From contig CAVVEY010000007.1 in the NCBI GenBank assembly GCA_963747385.1, positions 393,050 to 457,049 on the forward strand: a stretch of DNA of 64,000 nt. Reading direction: 5' to 3'. A program made the position numbers and the translations under genes. The notes under the pieces are model-generated. The model ran no database searches and was not told where the DNA came from. It worked only from the letters and a program-made list of their open reading frames with translations. The DNA is from an uncultured bacterium (GTDB taxonomy: Bacteria > Krumholzibacteriota > Krumholzibacteriia > Krumholzibacteriales > Krumholzibacteriaceae). Positions 11,101 through 19,637 of this stretch are shown piece by piece; position 1 is the first letter of the stretch; the number at the start of each line of letters is the position of its first letter.

Positions 11101-11427
11101 AAGACCTCCGCGTCGGTGCATGAGCTCGAGAGCGCGGGGCCGCGTTTCCCGCTCGGCGCGCTGCAGGATACGGTTTACGAGGGGCGGAGCATCCGGTTCG
11201 AAAAAGGGGATGTGCTCGTTCTCTTCACCGACGGGATCACGGATGCCCGCAACGGCGCGATGGAATTCTACGAGTACGAATGCTTGAAACGGTTTCTCGA
11301 GATCATGAGCAATCCCGCGATGTCGGCGCGGGAGATCAAGGACAGGATTATCGAGGACGTCAGGAAGTTCGTCGGATCGGCCGCGCAGCACGACGATATG
11401 ACCGTCGTCGTCGTCAAGGCGCTCTGA
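8154..11427 (+). CDS. Periplasmic double beta-propeller (two-component regulator propeller repeats + Y_Y_Y) sensor with cytoplasmic PP2C/SpoIIE phosphatase output (one frame break near 8425)
   Basis: AAAGGAGG RBS precedes ATG 8154. More than 12 repeats follow the pattern DPxxxNSLSxNxVxxIxEDxxGxLWIGTxGGLxRFD. There is a TM segment (WWFRFLVIGATAMLAVFWY) and a C-terminal PP2C domain (GGDFFDYF, GDVSGKAMKAA, FTDGITDA, HDDMTVVVV). Frame 0 passes to frame 1 at ...FTVLKQ|VPGNPNSLS. Confidence 0.8.
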
Positions 11428-11454
11428 GCGGCCTGCCGCTCGCGAAAAACACGG

Positions 11455-13496
11455 ATGAAATCGACGCTGCGAAACCGCGATTTGTTGGCTGCTCGCCGCC
11501 GCCGGCGTCCTGGGCATCGCCTCGACGGCGAGGAGCTTCGGGATCGACGGAGTGACGCTCCCCGCGGCGGCCCTTCTCGCAGCAGCGGCGCTTCTCGCTC
11601 TCGGTCCGCTCGTTCGAGTATTCAGGATCGGCGAGCCTTTCGCCGCTCGCGGAAAAACGGTCGTCGCCGTCATCGTCGCATGCCATACCGTCGCGACGCT
11701 CTACTTCTTCCCGCCCGAGGACCTCGTCAACGACCGCCCCGTTCTGACGCTCGATCATGCGGTGCATTTCTACGAGATCGAGAGGGGGAAAGAGGTGTTC
11801 TGGGATTCGCTCCGGCTCTCCGTGTACGATCCGTATTTTCTCGCGGGGTATCCGGGCGGGACGGTGTTCGAAATAGACACGAACGGAGTGAGCTTGTGGT
11901 GCGCGCTTCTTCGATTCGTCGATAGCGCGCGGGCGTACAAGCTCTTTATCCTTTTGGCTCATCTTCTCGCAGGCGTCACGATATATGCCGGGTGCCGGCG
12001 TTTGCGCTACGGTCCCGAGGAATCCGCGTTCGGCTCGATGATCTTCATCGCATACTGGCAGTGGGGGAGGCCCTATGTCGGGGATTTCCGTTTCGCCGGC
12101 ATGTTCGCGTACCTTTTTGTCTGTCATCTTTCCCTGTATATAGCGGGGCTTTTCAGGTCGTTTCTCGATGGGGAACGCGTGAACCGGTTCTACGTCATCG
12201 GCCCGCTCGCGTTTCTCATCCATCCGACGGCCGCGGTGCTGCTGCCGGTTCCATTTCTCGCGCTCTTCTGCGCGCATCGTATCGACGTGACGGGCGTGGA
12301 GCCGGGGGAGGATTCGCGAACGGCGTCTTCCCGGGCGATTCCTCGCGTGGTGCCTGCTTGTGCTGGCGGTGAACGCGTTCTGGATCGTGCCGTTCATTCG
12401 TTATCTGAACATCAAGACGCCTTCCCAGACCTTCTTCCAGATCGGCGGAATGCGGGGGCTTCTGGAGATATTGATAAAGCCGGGCAATTTTCCGGCGCTT
12501 CTTCTCATCTGTCTCGGAGGGATCGGTTTCGGGAGCCTCGTGAGGCAGAGGCGACTCGCCGCTGCGGTCGTTCCTGCGGCCGCGAGCGGTTTTCTCCTGT
12601 TCCTCGCCGGCTTCGGAGTCCATCTGCCGCTCATCGATCAGATGGAGCCCGGTCGCTTTCTCGTGCCGTCGTTTGTTTTCATGGCGCCGCTCGCGGGCGC
12701 CGGACTGGCGGCCCTCGTCGATGGGTTACGTGCGGCGTTCGCGCCTCCCTGGCTATTTCGTCCGGCGCGAGCCTCTATCGCGATCGTCCTGATTCTATGC
12801 TTGCCGGTATTCGGGCTTGTTGAATCGAGGGCGTATTACCGGCACACGCTCTCCACGACGCTCACTCCCGAGGTGATCCGTGTCATCGAGGCGATTCGAC
12901 AGCATGCGGACGATTCGGGCCGGCTGATGATCGAAGACGGTCCCGCATGGGCTTATGGAGACAGTCACCTGCCATCCATTATCCCTCTATTTACGGGTAT
13001 CGAGCAGATCGGCGGGCCGTATCCGTACATGTTCATCAAGCACGGGTTCACCACGTTTCAGACCCGCTTGACCATGGGTGAGCCGCTCGCGGGGATGCGG
13101 CCGGGGAGGCTGCTCGAGTACCTTGATCTGTACAACGTCCGCTGGATACTGACGGCGACCCCCCAAGCCGCGGCATATGTCGATAAGCTGCCGTATGCGG
13201 AAGTCCTTTGGTCATCGGAACATTTTTCGTTATATGGTGTTACGACGGCTTCTTCGGGTTTCGCCTCGGAGCGGGGAGTGACGGTTCGCGCGTCGTACGA
13301 TTTGTTGCGGGTTTCGATTGCGCCTGTCGCCGGCCAGGTTTCACCGAAGATGATATTGCTCAAGTATCATTGGGATCCCGGCCTCAGGGTCGCGGCGCCC
13401 GCCGCGATCTCTCCGTCGAGGCAGTTGGATGATCCGGTTCCTCTGATTCTCCTCGAGCCGAACGGGGAGACGGACGTCAGGATAACGTTCCGTTGA
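11455..13496 (+). CDS. Large polytopic membrane protein of unknown function, possibly a GT-C-like glycosyltransferase (frame break near 12300; start uncertain)
   Basis: Hydrophobic ORFs 11552..(frame 2) and 12360..13496 (frame 0) join at ...HRIDVTGVEPG|RIRERRLPGRFLAWCLLVLAVNAFW. An ATG at 11455 could be the true start if another shift lies near 11495; the alternative start is GTG 11552. The C-terminal roughly 250 aa are soluble. Confidence 0.5.
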
Positions 13497-13606
13497 ACCG
13501 GCATTGACATCGGCGTCGATTTCGTGTAGAATGCCCTCCAGCGAAGCTCTGTTGAAAACCTGAAAGGAATTCTATAGGCGGTTTCTGCTAACGGACGGGA
13601 TGTTTC

Positions 13607-15307
13607 GTGCTTAAACAGCGTCGAGTGGCACTCGTCGTCGGTGCCTTGCTTGTCATTTTGGCTTTTCACCTCGCTGTCGCGTGGCAGGATCTCGGGACTC
13701 TCGCGAGAAACGGCTTCCTCTACGACGACGGTTTCTATGCCTTCAAGATAGCCAAGAACATCGCGGACGGAAATGGCGCCACCTTCGACGGCATTCATCC
13801 CACGACGGGATTCCAGCCTCTCTATGTTCTTCTTCTGGTGCCTGCGTTCGCGCTGTCGGGGGACAATCTCGTCGCGCCGATTTATATCGCTCTTTCGCTT
13901 CTCGCGATCTTCACCTGTTTGACGGCGTATTTCATCTATCGAATATGCATGCGTTACGTCGGGTGGCGCTCGTCGCTCGTCGCCGCGCTGATCTGGGCCT
14001 TCTCTCCCATAGTCACGAAGCAGAGCGCGAACGGCCTGGAAACGGCTCTCGCGTCGCTCTTGATCGCCGTCTCCGTCTATTACTATCTCGAGAGGATTCG
14101 TTCCGTCGAAAATCCGGGCGCCGGGCGTTTCATGATTCTGGGGATTGTGCTCGGGCTCATGGTTCTGGCGCGGATCGACGGGGTCCTTCTGATTCTCGTG
14201 ATGATGCTCGATTATCTTGTCCTGCTTCGGGCCACACGGGTCTCCGCGAAACGTCTTGTGCGCGTCTCGCTCGTGCCGCTGGGGGTTTGCATTCTTTACG
14301 GCCCGTGGCTTCTGTTCAATATGGCGGTATGCGGAAGCCCCCTTCAGGATAGCGGCGCCGCCACCCGATTCCTTTCGCTGGCCTACGCGGGGTATTTCGG
14401 TTACGGCGCGGGCGATATGGGATCGAGCGGTCCCGATGCCTCGTTCATATGGGCCCATCTGACGCACGCGATCTCGACGATGAAGGTCATCCCGCCCGCG
14501 CACTTGATCTTCCGTTTGATCGACAAGACCGGCGCGACGCTCGGTTCGCCCGGCGGCTTTCATATCGCCGGGAATGTTCTCGGATTCCTCGCCCTGGGAG
14601 GAGCTGGCTTCACGGTTTTCGGGTGGAGAAGGGACGAGAGAAAGAGGCGTCGGGGCGAGATGCACTTTCTGATTCTCTTCGCGGCGGGTCTTATCGCTTC
14701 GTATGTCATGTATGTCTTCGGCATGTTTTTCTTTCTCCGCTATTTCTATCCCGTCTACCTGATCGCGTGCATCTATCTCGCGTTCCTCCTGCATGACTTC
14801 CACGGCTGGTACGCACGGCGATCGATCGCGATGAGGCGCGCCATAATTCTGGCATCCGCGGCTTATGCGGCGCTTTTCGGCTTGTTCTCCTACTCGCAGG
14901 CGTTTCGGTCAAGGCCGATATACCCGTTCTATGACGTATCCCGCTGGGTGAACGAACATACCGGCGACGCCGAGAGGATCGGGGTATTTCAGTGCGGCAC
15001 GATCGGCTACCTCTCGAACCGGCGGATCATCAACCTCGACGGCAAAGTGAACAGGGGCGCGCTCGAGGCGATGAGGAGCGGAAGCCTCGACGGCTATCTT
15101 CGCAAGGAGGGGATCGAAGTCGTCATCGATCACTCCGATATTCTCAAGATATTTTTCGGGGACTCGAGGGGAAATATGCCGGGCTCGTGCACCGATATCA
15201 TCTGCCGGGAGATGGAGAGCCCATCCGGATGGATAGTCTATCGCCGCCCGGCGCCGGCCCTCGCAGAAAGCTCGATTGAAGGGGTCCGCGCGGTCAGCAT
15301 TCACTGA
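13607..15307 (+). CDS. GT-C fold membrane glycosyltransferase (GT39/ArnT-PMT-like)
   Basis: Intact 566-aa ORF from GTG 13607. The first loop has an acidic motif (FLYDDGFYAF) after TM1. About 12 predicted hydrophobic helices are followed by a soluble C-terminal domain. Confidence 0.65.
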   Translation: MLKQRRVALVVGALLVILAFHLAVAWQDLGTLARNGFLYDDGFYAFKIAKNIADGNGATFDGIHPTTGFQPLYVLLLVPAFALSGDNLVAPIYIALSLLAIFTCLTAYFIYRICMRYVGWRSSLVAALIWAFSPIVTKQSANGLETALASLLIAVSVYYYLERIRSVENPGAGRFMILGIVLGLMVLARIDGVLLILVMMLDYLVLLRATRVSAKRLVRVSLVPLGVCILYGPWLLFNMAVCGSPLQDSGAATRFLSLAYAGYFGYGAGDMGSSGPDASFIWAHLTHAISTMKVIPPAHLIFRLIDKTGATLGSPGGFHIAGNVLGFLALGGAGFTVFGWRRDERKRRRGEMHFLILFAAGLIASYVMYVFGMFFFLRYFYPVYLIACIYLAFLLHDFHGWYARRSIAMRRAIILASAAYAALFGLFSYSQAFRSRPIYPFYDVSRWVNEHTGDAERIGVFQCGTIGYLSNRRIINLDGKVNRGALEAMRSGSLDGYLRKEGIEVVIDHSDILKIFFGDSRGNMPGSCTDIICREMESPSGWIVYRRPAPALAESSIEGVRAVSIH

Positions 15308-15459
15308 CAGTCCCTGTGGAGTAGGGGCGGGCGCCGGAAGCGGGAAATCAGGATTCGTAGGTAATTCAACCCATAAAAATATTGGTTGGGTAAGCCGCTA
15401 ATGCTAATATAATTGGCTGCTATGCAAGTAATTGGACCGTCGTCGCGTAAAGATTCCAA

Positions 15460-15489
15460 TTGATGCAATTCGGGGGGCTGTAGTATAAT
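15460..15489 (+). promoter_or_regulatory. Strong sigma-70-like promoter upstream of secreted-protein gene
   Basis: TTGATG (15460-15465), an 18-nt spacer, then a perfect TATAAT (15484-15489), inside a low-GC spacer. It implies a leader of about 155 nt. Confidence 0.45.
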
Positions 15490-15651
15490 GATCGCGACTC
15501 CATTGGTATGAACGATCGATAACGGCCAGGGGTGCGATTAACACGCGGTCTTTTTTCGAGAAAGGAGATTTCAGGAGATAGGGGTAACGAGGAAATCATA
15601 GGGGTTTATGCGGTTCGATTCTTCTCTCACTTCACAACTGGAGGGGCACTC

Positions 15652-16359
15652 ATGAAGTCTGCGAGATTGCTGTTTGCCTGTGCGATGATCTGTTGCCTTC
15701 TCGCGCCCGCCTTTGTATCGGCCGGGCCGATTACGGGCATCTATAATTCAACCGATATGGGCGGAGTGTTTCTGACCGGCCGCGCTTCGACCTGGCGGCC
15801 GGGAGTCAACTCCGGGCTCCCGCACGTCATCCACGCACAGTCCTGGAACGGATCCGCTCTCGGCACGCAGTGGGATATCAGCTGCGCCATCGAGAGTATC
15901 AACTTCGCGGTTCAGGATAACCGGATAGGAGGGGTCGGCACTATCGTCTACACGTCGACGTTTCAGGGCGGAACCCTCACGCTGTATGCCGGCGGGTGGC
16001 CCTGGGGAGACGGCGTCGCGACGCTCGCCGCGACGACGATGGTAACGGCCGTTCAGTATGTCCTTATCGGCGGCGTGAGCACGCCGGTCGCGTCGGTCGT
16101 GAACGGCTACACCTCCGGCACCTTCGCCGGCGGATGCACGCTGACGTTTCTGATCGGCAACGGCAGCGGCGTCGGAGAGACGCCGTATTTCTCGAAACCG
16201 GCGGACTATCCGGCATTCCTGGATGGCTCCTGCGGGCTCGCCGCTTCAAATCTGCAGTACGGCACGTGGGGAAACGTCATCACCATTACGCTGGGAATCT
16301 ACTGCCCCGTCGGTGTCGATGAATCGACGTGGGGGGCGATCAAGGAGTTGTACCAGTAG
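15652..16359 (+). CDS. Secreted Gly/Thr-rich, Cys-containing protein of unknown function
   Basis: ATG 15652 follows a TGGAGGGG RBS. The signal peptide is MKSARLLFACAMICCLLAPAFVSAG. There are no recognisable catalytic motifs. It ends ...VDESTWGAIKELYQ and is followed by a strong terminator. Confidence 0.6.
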   Translation: MKSARLLFACAMICCLLAPAFVSAGPITGIYNSTDMGGVFLTGRASTWRPGVNSGLPHVIHAQSWNGSALGTQWDISCAIESINFAVQDNRIGGVGTIVYTSTFQGGTLTLYAGGWPWGDGVATLAATTMVTAVQYVLIGGVSTPVASVVNGYTSGTFAGGCTLTFLIGNGSGVGETPYFSKPADYPAFLDGSCGLAASNLQYGTWGNVITITLGIYCPVGVDESTWGAIKELYQ

Positions 16360-16395
16360 TCGTCGAGCGACTATCGATTCGACGAGGGTTTTCCA

Positions 16396-16429
16396 TGAGC
16401 CGGCCGAACGGGCCGGCTCATTTTATTTT
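16396..16429 (+). terminator. Rho-independent terminator
   Basis: Perfect 10-bp stem TGAGCCGGCC (16396-16405) / GGCCGGCTCA (16411-16420), a 5-nt loop, then TTTTATTTT (16421-16429). Confidence 0.75.
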
Positions 16430-16457
16430 CGGCTGTGCGAGGGATGTTCGAGGTTTA

Positions 16458-16544
16458 TGGTGCCGGAGGAGGGAATCGAACCCTCATGAGCTTGCGCTCG
16501 GGGGATTTTGAGTCCCCTGCGTCTGCCAATTCCACCACTCCGGC
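16458..16544 (-). tRNA. tRNA-Leu (anticodon CAA), CCA encoded
   Basis: The reverse complement reads GCCGGAG..GGGGA-CTCAAAA-TCCCC..long variable arm GAGC-GCAA-GCTC..GAGGGTTCGATTCCCTC-CTCCGGC-A-CCA. Length 87 nt, class II cloverleaf. Confidence 0.95.
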
Positions 16545-16572
16545 ACACGGGCGGAACTTCCTTTGGCATTAG

Positions 16573-16601
16573 AAAATATCGCCTTTGACACGGGCCGTCA
16601 A
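16573..16601 (-). promoter_or_regulatory. Candidate promoter for tRNA-Leu
   Basis: On the minus strand: TTGACG (16601-16596), a 17-nt spacer, then TATTTT (16578-16573). It lies about 28 nt upstream of the mature tRNA 5' end. Confidence 0.4.
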
Positions 16602-16626
16602 CACCCGAATCGGGTGAACTTTGAGC

Positions 16627-16655
16627 TTGACTTGGAGCGCATTTTGCATGATAAC
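16627..16655 (+). promoter_or_regulatory. Candidate promoter for tRNA-Ala
   Basis: TTGACT (16627-16632), a 17-nt spacer, then GATAAC (16650-16655). The tRNA starts at 16668. Confidence 0.3.
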
Positions 16656-16667
16656 TTATAACCACAT

Positions 16668-16743
16668 GGGGTTGTAGCTCAATTGGGAGAGCACTTGACT
16701 GGCAGTCAAGAGGTCACGGGTTCGACCCCCGTCAACTCCACCA
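16668..16743 (+). tRNA. tRNA-Ala (anticodon GGC), CCA encoded
   Basis: GGGGTTG acceptor stem with the G3:U70 identity pair, anticodon arm CTTGA-CTGGCAG-TCAAG, T-arm ACGGGTTCGACCCCCGT, then CAACTCC-A-CCA. Length 76 nt. Confidence 0.95.
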
Positions 16744-16825
16744 TTTTTTCATTTATTCAATAATCGTTGAGGGTGCCGGAGTGCCGCTGGCCCGGCGCCC
16801 CCGAACCGGGATCGGGCGGGCTCCT

Positions 16826-18226
16826 ATGGCTTCTGGTTCCTTGCCTGGCGCACTCTGCGTATTCGAGGACGAGCGGTTTCCCGGCTTCTTTCCGCTCTCC
16901 CTCGGACGCCCCGTATTCGACATCAGCATCGGCACGCAGAGCCTTCGCGGCCGACTCGTCGACGAATTGAATCCGGAATCGCTGGTCCTCCTCTGCCGGC
17001 CTTACCTCGCCGCGGTGCTCGCGGAAGAGGAATCGCGGGAGGGGACGCGGGCGCCGCGGGTCAATGAAATACCCGACGGAGAGATCCTCTTTCTCAACGG
17101 GCGGCTTCTCTCGTACGAGAACGAGCTGGGCGATCTGCGCGCTGTTCTGAAACCCGACAGTGTGCTTCACAAGAAAGGCATCGTCGTGGCGGCCCGGCTG
17201 TCGGGCGATCGCGCCGCTTCCCTCGCCGCCTATATCAGCGGCCTCATCTCCGACGAAAACGTCGAAAAGGCCATCCGGGAAATCAAGCGTATTTCGATGG
17301 CGGACGGGGAGAAAGCGCGCGATGACGGGGAGGAGAAAAAGGACGTGTCTCGAAGCAGGGCGCTCGGCGCCTGGGCGCAGGAGAACGACGTGAAGCTCCA
17401 GGAAACGGGCGTGCGGCTGCTCTCCCAGTACTGGCAGCTCATCGGCGAGAACCGGAACTGCATCGTCGACGACTTCAAGAAGAACCCGCTTCGCGGCACC
17501 GCTCCCGAGACGGAGCTCTTCAAAGGGGTCGAGCTCATCAACGAAAACGATATCGTGATCGGTTCCGGCGTCGAAGTGCGATCGGGAACCGTTCTCGACG
17601 CGAGCGAAGGAGCCATCATCATCGCGAACAACGCCCGCGTCGAACCGAACGCGATCATCTGCGGGCCATGCGCGATCGGGGAGGGCTCGATCGTGCGCGG
17701 GGGCGCGAAGCTCGGTCACGGGACGACGCTCGGCAAAAGATGCAGGATCGGGGGAGAGGTGGAGGAGAGCATCTTCGCCCCGTACAGCAACAAGCAGCAT
17801 GAGGGCTTCATGGGGCACTCGTACATCGGTTCATGGGTGAACATCGGCGCCGGGAGCTGTACGAGCGACCTCAAGAACAATTATGGTCTCGTGAAAGCGT
17901 GGAGCGCGGGGCGCATGCGCGAAACAGGTCGCCGGTTTCTCGGCGCCACGATCGGGGATCATTCGAAGGTCGCCATCGGGTCCCGCCTCAATACGGGCAC
18001 GGTGATAGGATTCAACGCGAACGTTCTCTCCGTCGGATTTCCGCCGCGATTCGTTCCGAGCTTTTCGTGGCGGCTCGAACCGGAGCCGGCGAGATGCGAG
18101 CTCGCGGCCGCGATGGAGACCGCGAAGATCATGATGGACCGGCGAAACGCGGTTTTCACGGCGGCGCATGGCGAGCTCTTCAAGGCGCTCGAGCGTCTCT
18201 CGCGTCTCGGCGGAAACGCGTTGTAG
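16826..18226 (+). CDS. GlmU-like putative sugar nucleotidyltransferase with left-handed beta-helix C-terminus
   Basis: N-terminus ...ALCVFEDERFPGFFPLSLGRPVFD. The C-terminal hexapeptide repeats are typical of LbH acyl/nucleotidyl transferases (IGEGSIVRGGAKLGHGTTLGKRCRIGGEV, IGSWVNIGAGSCTS, IGDHSKVAIGSRLNTGTVIG). The start is ATG 16826 or GTG 16781. Confidence 0.7.
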   Translation: MASGSLPGALCVFEDERFPGFFPLSLGRPVFDISIGTQSLRGRLVDELNPESLVLLCRPYLAAVLAEEESREGTRAPRVNEIPDGEILFLNGRLLSYENELGDLRAVLKPDSVLHKKGIVVAARLSGDRAASLAAYISGLISDENVEKAIREIKRISMADGEKARDDGEEKKDVSRSRALGAWAQENDVKLQETGVRLLSQYWQLIGENRNCIVDDFKKNPLRGTAPETELFKGVELINENDIVIGSGVEVRSGTVLDASEGAIIIANNARVEPNAIICGPCAIGEGSIVRGGAKLGHGTTLGKRCRIGGEVEESIFAPYSNKQHEGFMGHSYIGSWVNIGAGSCTSDLKNNYGLVKAWSAGRMRETGRRFLGATIGDHSKVAIGSRLNTGTVIGFNANVLSVGFPPRFVPSFSWRLEPEPARCELAAAMETAKIMMDRRNAVFTAAHGELFKALERLSRLGGNAL

Positions 18227-18790
18227 AGGATCGAGCCGCACTGCGCGGAGATCAAGAGCGCGGAATCATGTAATACGCAATGCGTCGCTTACGAATGAGG
18301 CCGAGCGGCGACACAAGGGCATCCGAAAGGCCTCTTTCGACCTACCGCTGGAAGCTCATAATCAATTATAACTCAAAGACATAGGCCATTACGCCAAAAA
18401 GCGTCCGGAATGGCACGACTCTTGATCTATGGTTCATTCGCACGCGGAAAGTTCCCTGTTTACCCGTGCCTTATCCTTGACGTGTTTCTCATCCTCACGT
18501 GTTGCAGAAACCCACGCACAGGGATACACGGTACAAACGGGGAACTTTAATTTTTATGATACCACAGATCATGGCAGCGCGCGCAACACATCGATTCGGA
18601 TTCCCTGAAAAAAAGCGACGAAGGGTCATCCTCTCCGCGGCGCGGCCGGCGGCGGATTTCAAAATATATTTTGACAACGTCCACGCGATATGCTAGCTAT
18701 GATAAGAAATTACGCGTGGCTGCATACGCTCGGGTAGATGATATTCTGAAATCGCGCGAGGGACTCTCAAGAAAGAGCGGGGTGACAGAG

Positions 18791-19066
18791 ATGACAAAAG
18801 CGGATCTCGTCGAAGAAATCTCGAAGGATACGGGGCTCAGCAAGAAGGATACGAATATCGTCGTCAACCTCATCATCGATAATCTCATCAAAGCGCTCGC
18901 CGAGGGGGACAAGGTCGAATTGCGGGGCTTCGGCAGCTTCAAGGTCAAAAGCAGAAAATCGAGGAAGGCGCGCAATCCCCGGACCGGCTCGTCCGTGGAA
19001 GTCCCCGCGAAGCTCGTCCCTTATTTCAAGGCGTCGAACGAACTCAAGGCGCTCGTGAACAAGTGA
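18791..19066 (+). CDS. HU/IHF-family DNA-bending protein (IHF-like)
   Basis: MTKADLVEEISKDTGLSKKDTNIVVNLIIDNLIKALAEGDKVELRGFGSFKVKSRKSRKARNPRTGSSVEVPAKLVPYFKAS. This has the classic RNPRTG arm. The track ORF 18671.. adds an implausible N-terminal extension. Confidence 0.85.
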   Translation: MTKADLVEEISKDTGLSKKDTNIVVNLIIDNLIKALAEGDKVELRGFGSFKVKSRKSRKARNPRTGSSVEVPAKLVPYFKASNELKALVNK

Positions 19067-19107
19067 TTCAGGAGACGATTCCCGCGTAATACGGACAGGG
19101 AGGAACG

Positions 19108-19203
19108 ATGCCAAGCGGAAAGAAAAGAAAGAGAAAGAAGATCGCCACTCACAAGAGAAAGAAACGTCTTCGTAAGGATCGGCATAAGAAAAAAATTCGC
19201 TAA
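19108..19203 (+). CDS. Small basic peptide resembling ribosomal protein bS22 (AURKAIP1/COX24-type), 31 aa
   Basis: Below the 60-aa cut-off of the ORF track. A GGAGG (19099-19103) precedes ATG 19108. The peptide is MPSGKKRKRKKIATHKRKKRLRKDRHKKKIR, ending at TAA 19201-19203. The pattern KRKxKxxxHKxRKRLRxxRHK matches the bS22-type peptides known from Actinobacteria and Bacteroidetes. Confidence 0.55.
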   Translation: MPSGKKRKRKKIATHKRKKRLRKDRHKKKIR

Positions 19204-19248
19204 GAGATCCAGAGATCCTCAGACGCAGAGGGAGATCGAGCGGCGTTG

Positions 19249-19602
19249 ATGGTATTCGATGAACGACGGAAAGCTCAGCGGGTCGAGGCGGATCTCGCGG
19301 TCACGGTTAAGGGCGGCCCGGGCGAGACGAAGGGCAAAGCGCTCAATATCAGCACGAGCGGCATTTACTTCGAGTCGCCGTACTATATCGGTCCCTTGAC
19401 GAAGATCAGGCTCGAGCTCCTCATTCCCGATCCGCGCAAGGGAGAGCTGCCGGTAACGTGCGACGGGGTCGTGGTTCGTGTGGAGCCGGAGAAGAAGCTA
19501 CCCGCCGTCGCGCAATACAGAGTCGCCATTCTATTCACTCTCGTTTCAGAGAGCTCGCTGAAGATCCTCGATACCTATATCCGATCGAGGCTGTCGTCTT
19601 GA
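19249..19602 (+). CDS. PilZ-domain c-di-GMP-binding protein
   Basis: RRxxxR motif (ERRKAQR) near the N-terminus and D/NxSxxG motif (NISTSG). 117 aa from ATG 19249; the track starts at TTG 19246. Confidence 0.75.
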   Translation: MVFDERRKAQRVEADLAVTVKGGPGETKGKALNISTSGIYFESPYYIGPLTKIRLELLIPDPRKGELPVTCDGVVVRVEPEKKLPAVAQYRVAILFTLVSESSLKILDTYIRSRLSS

Positions 19603-19637
19603 ATTCCGGTCATCTCCCGCTCTCTTCCAGGGGGTTC

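Noticed and set aside
16396-16429. The hairpin as a bidirectional terminator that also serves tRNA-Leu on the minus strand.
   Set aside because: Only the + strand has a U-tract after the stem. On the minus strand the stem is followed by TGGAAAACC, so I annotate it for the + strand gene only.
15308-18790. A tRNA-associated genomic island or integrative element around tRNA-Leu and tRNA-Ala, flanked by low-GC spacers.
   Set aside because: No integrase, excisionase, transposase or phage gene is present. I noticed no duplicated tRNA 3' segment that could serve as an att site. The GlmU-like gene is ordinary metabolic content, and the low-GC spacers are explained by promoters.
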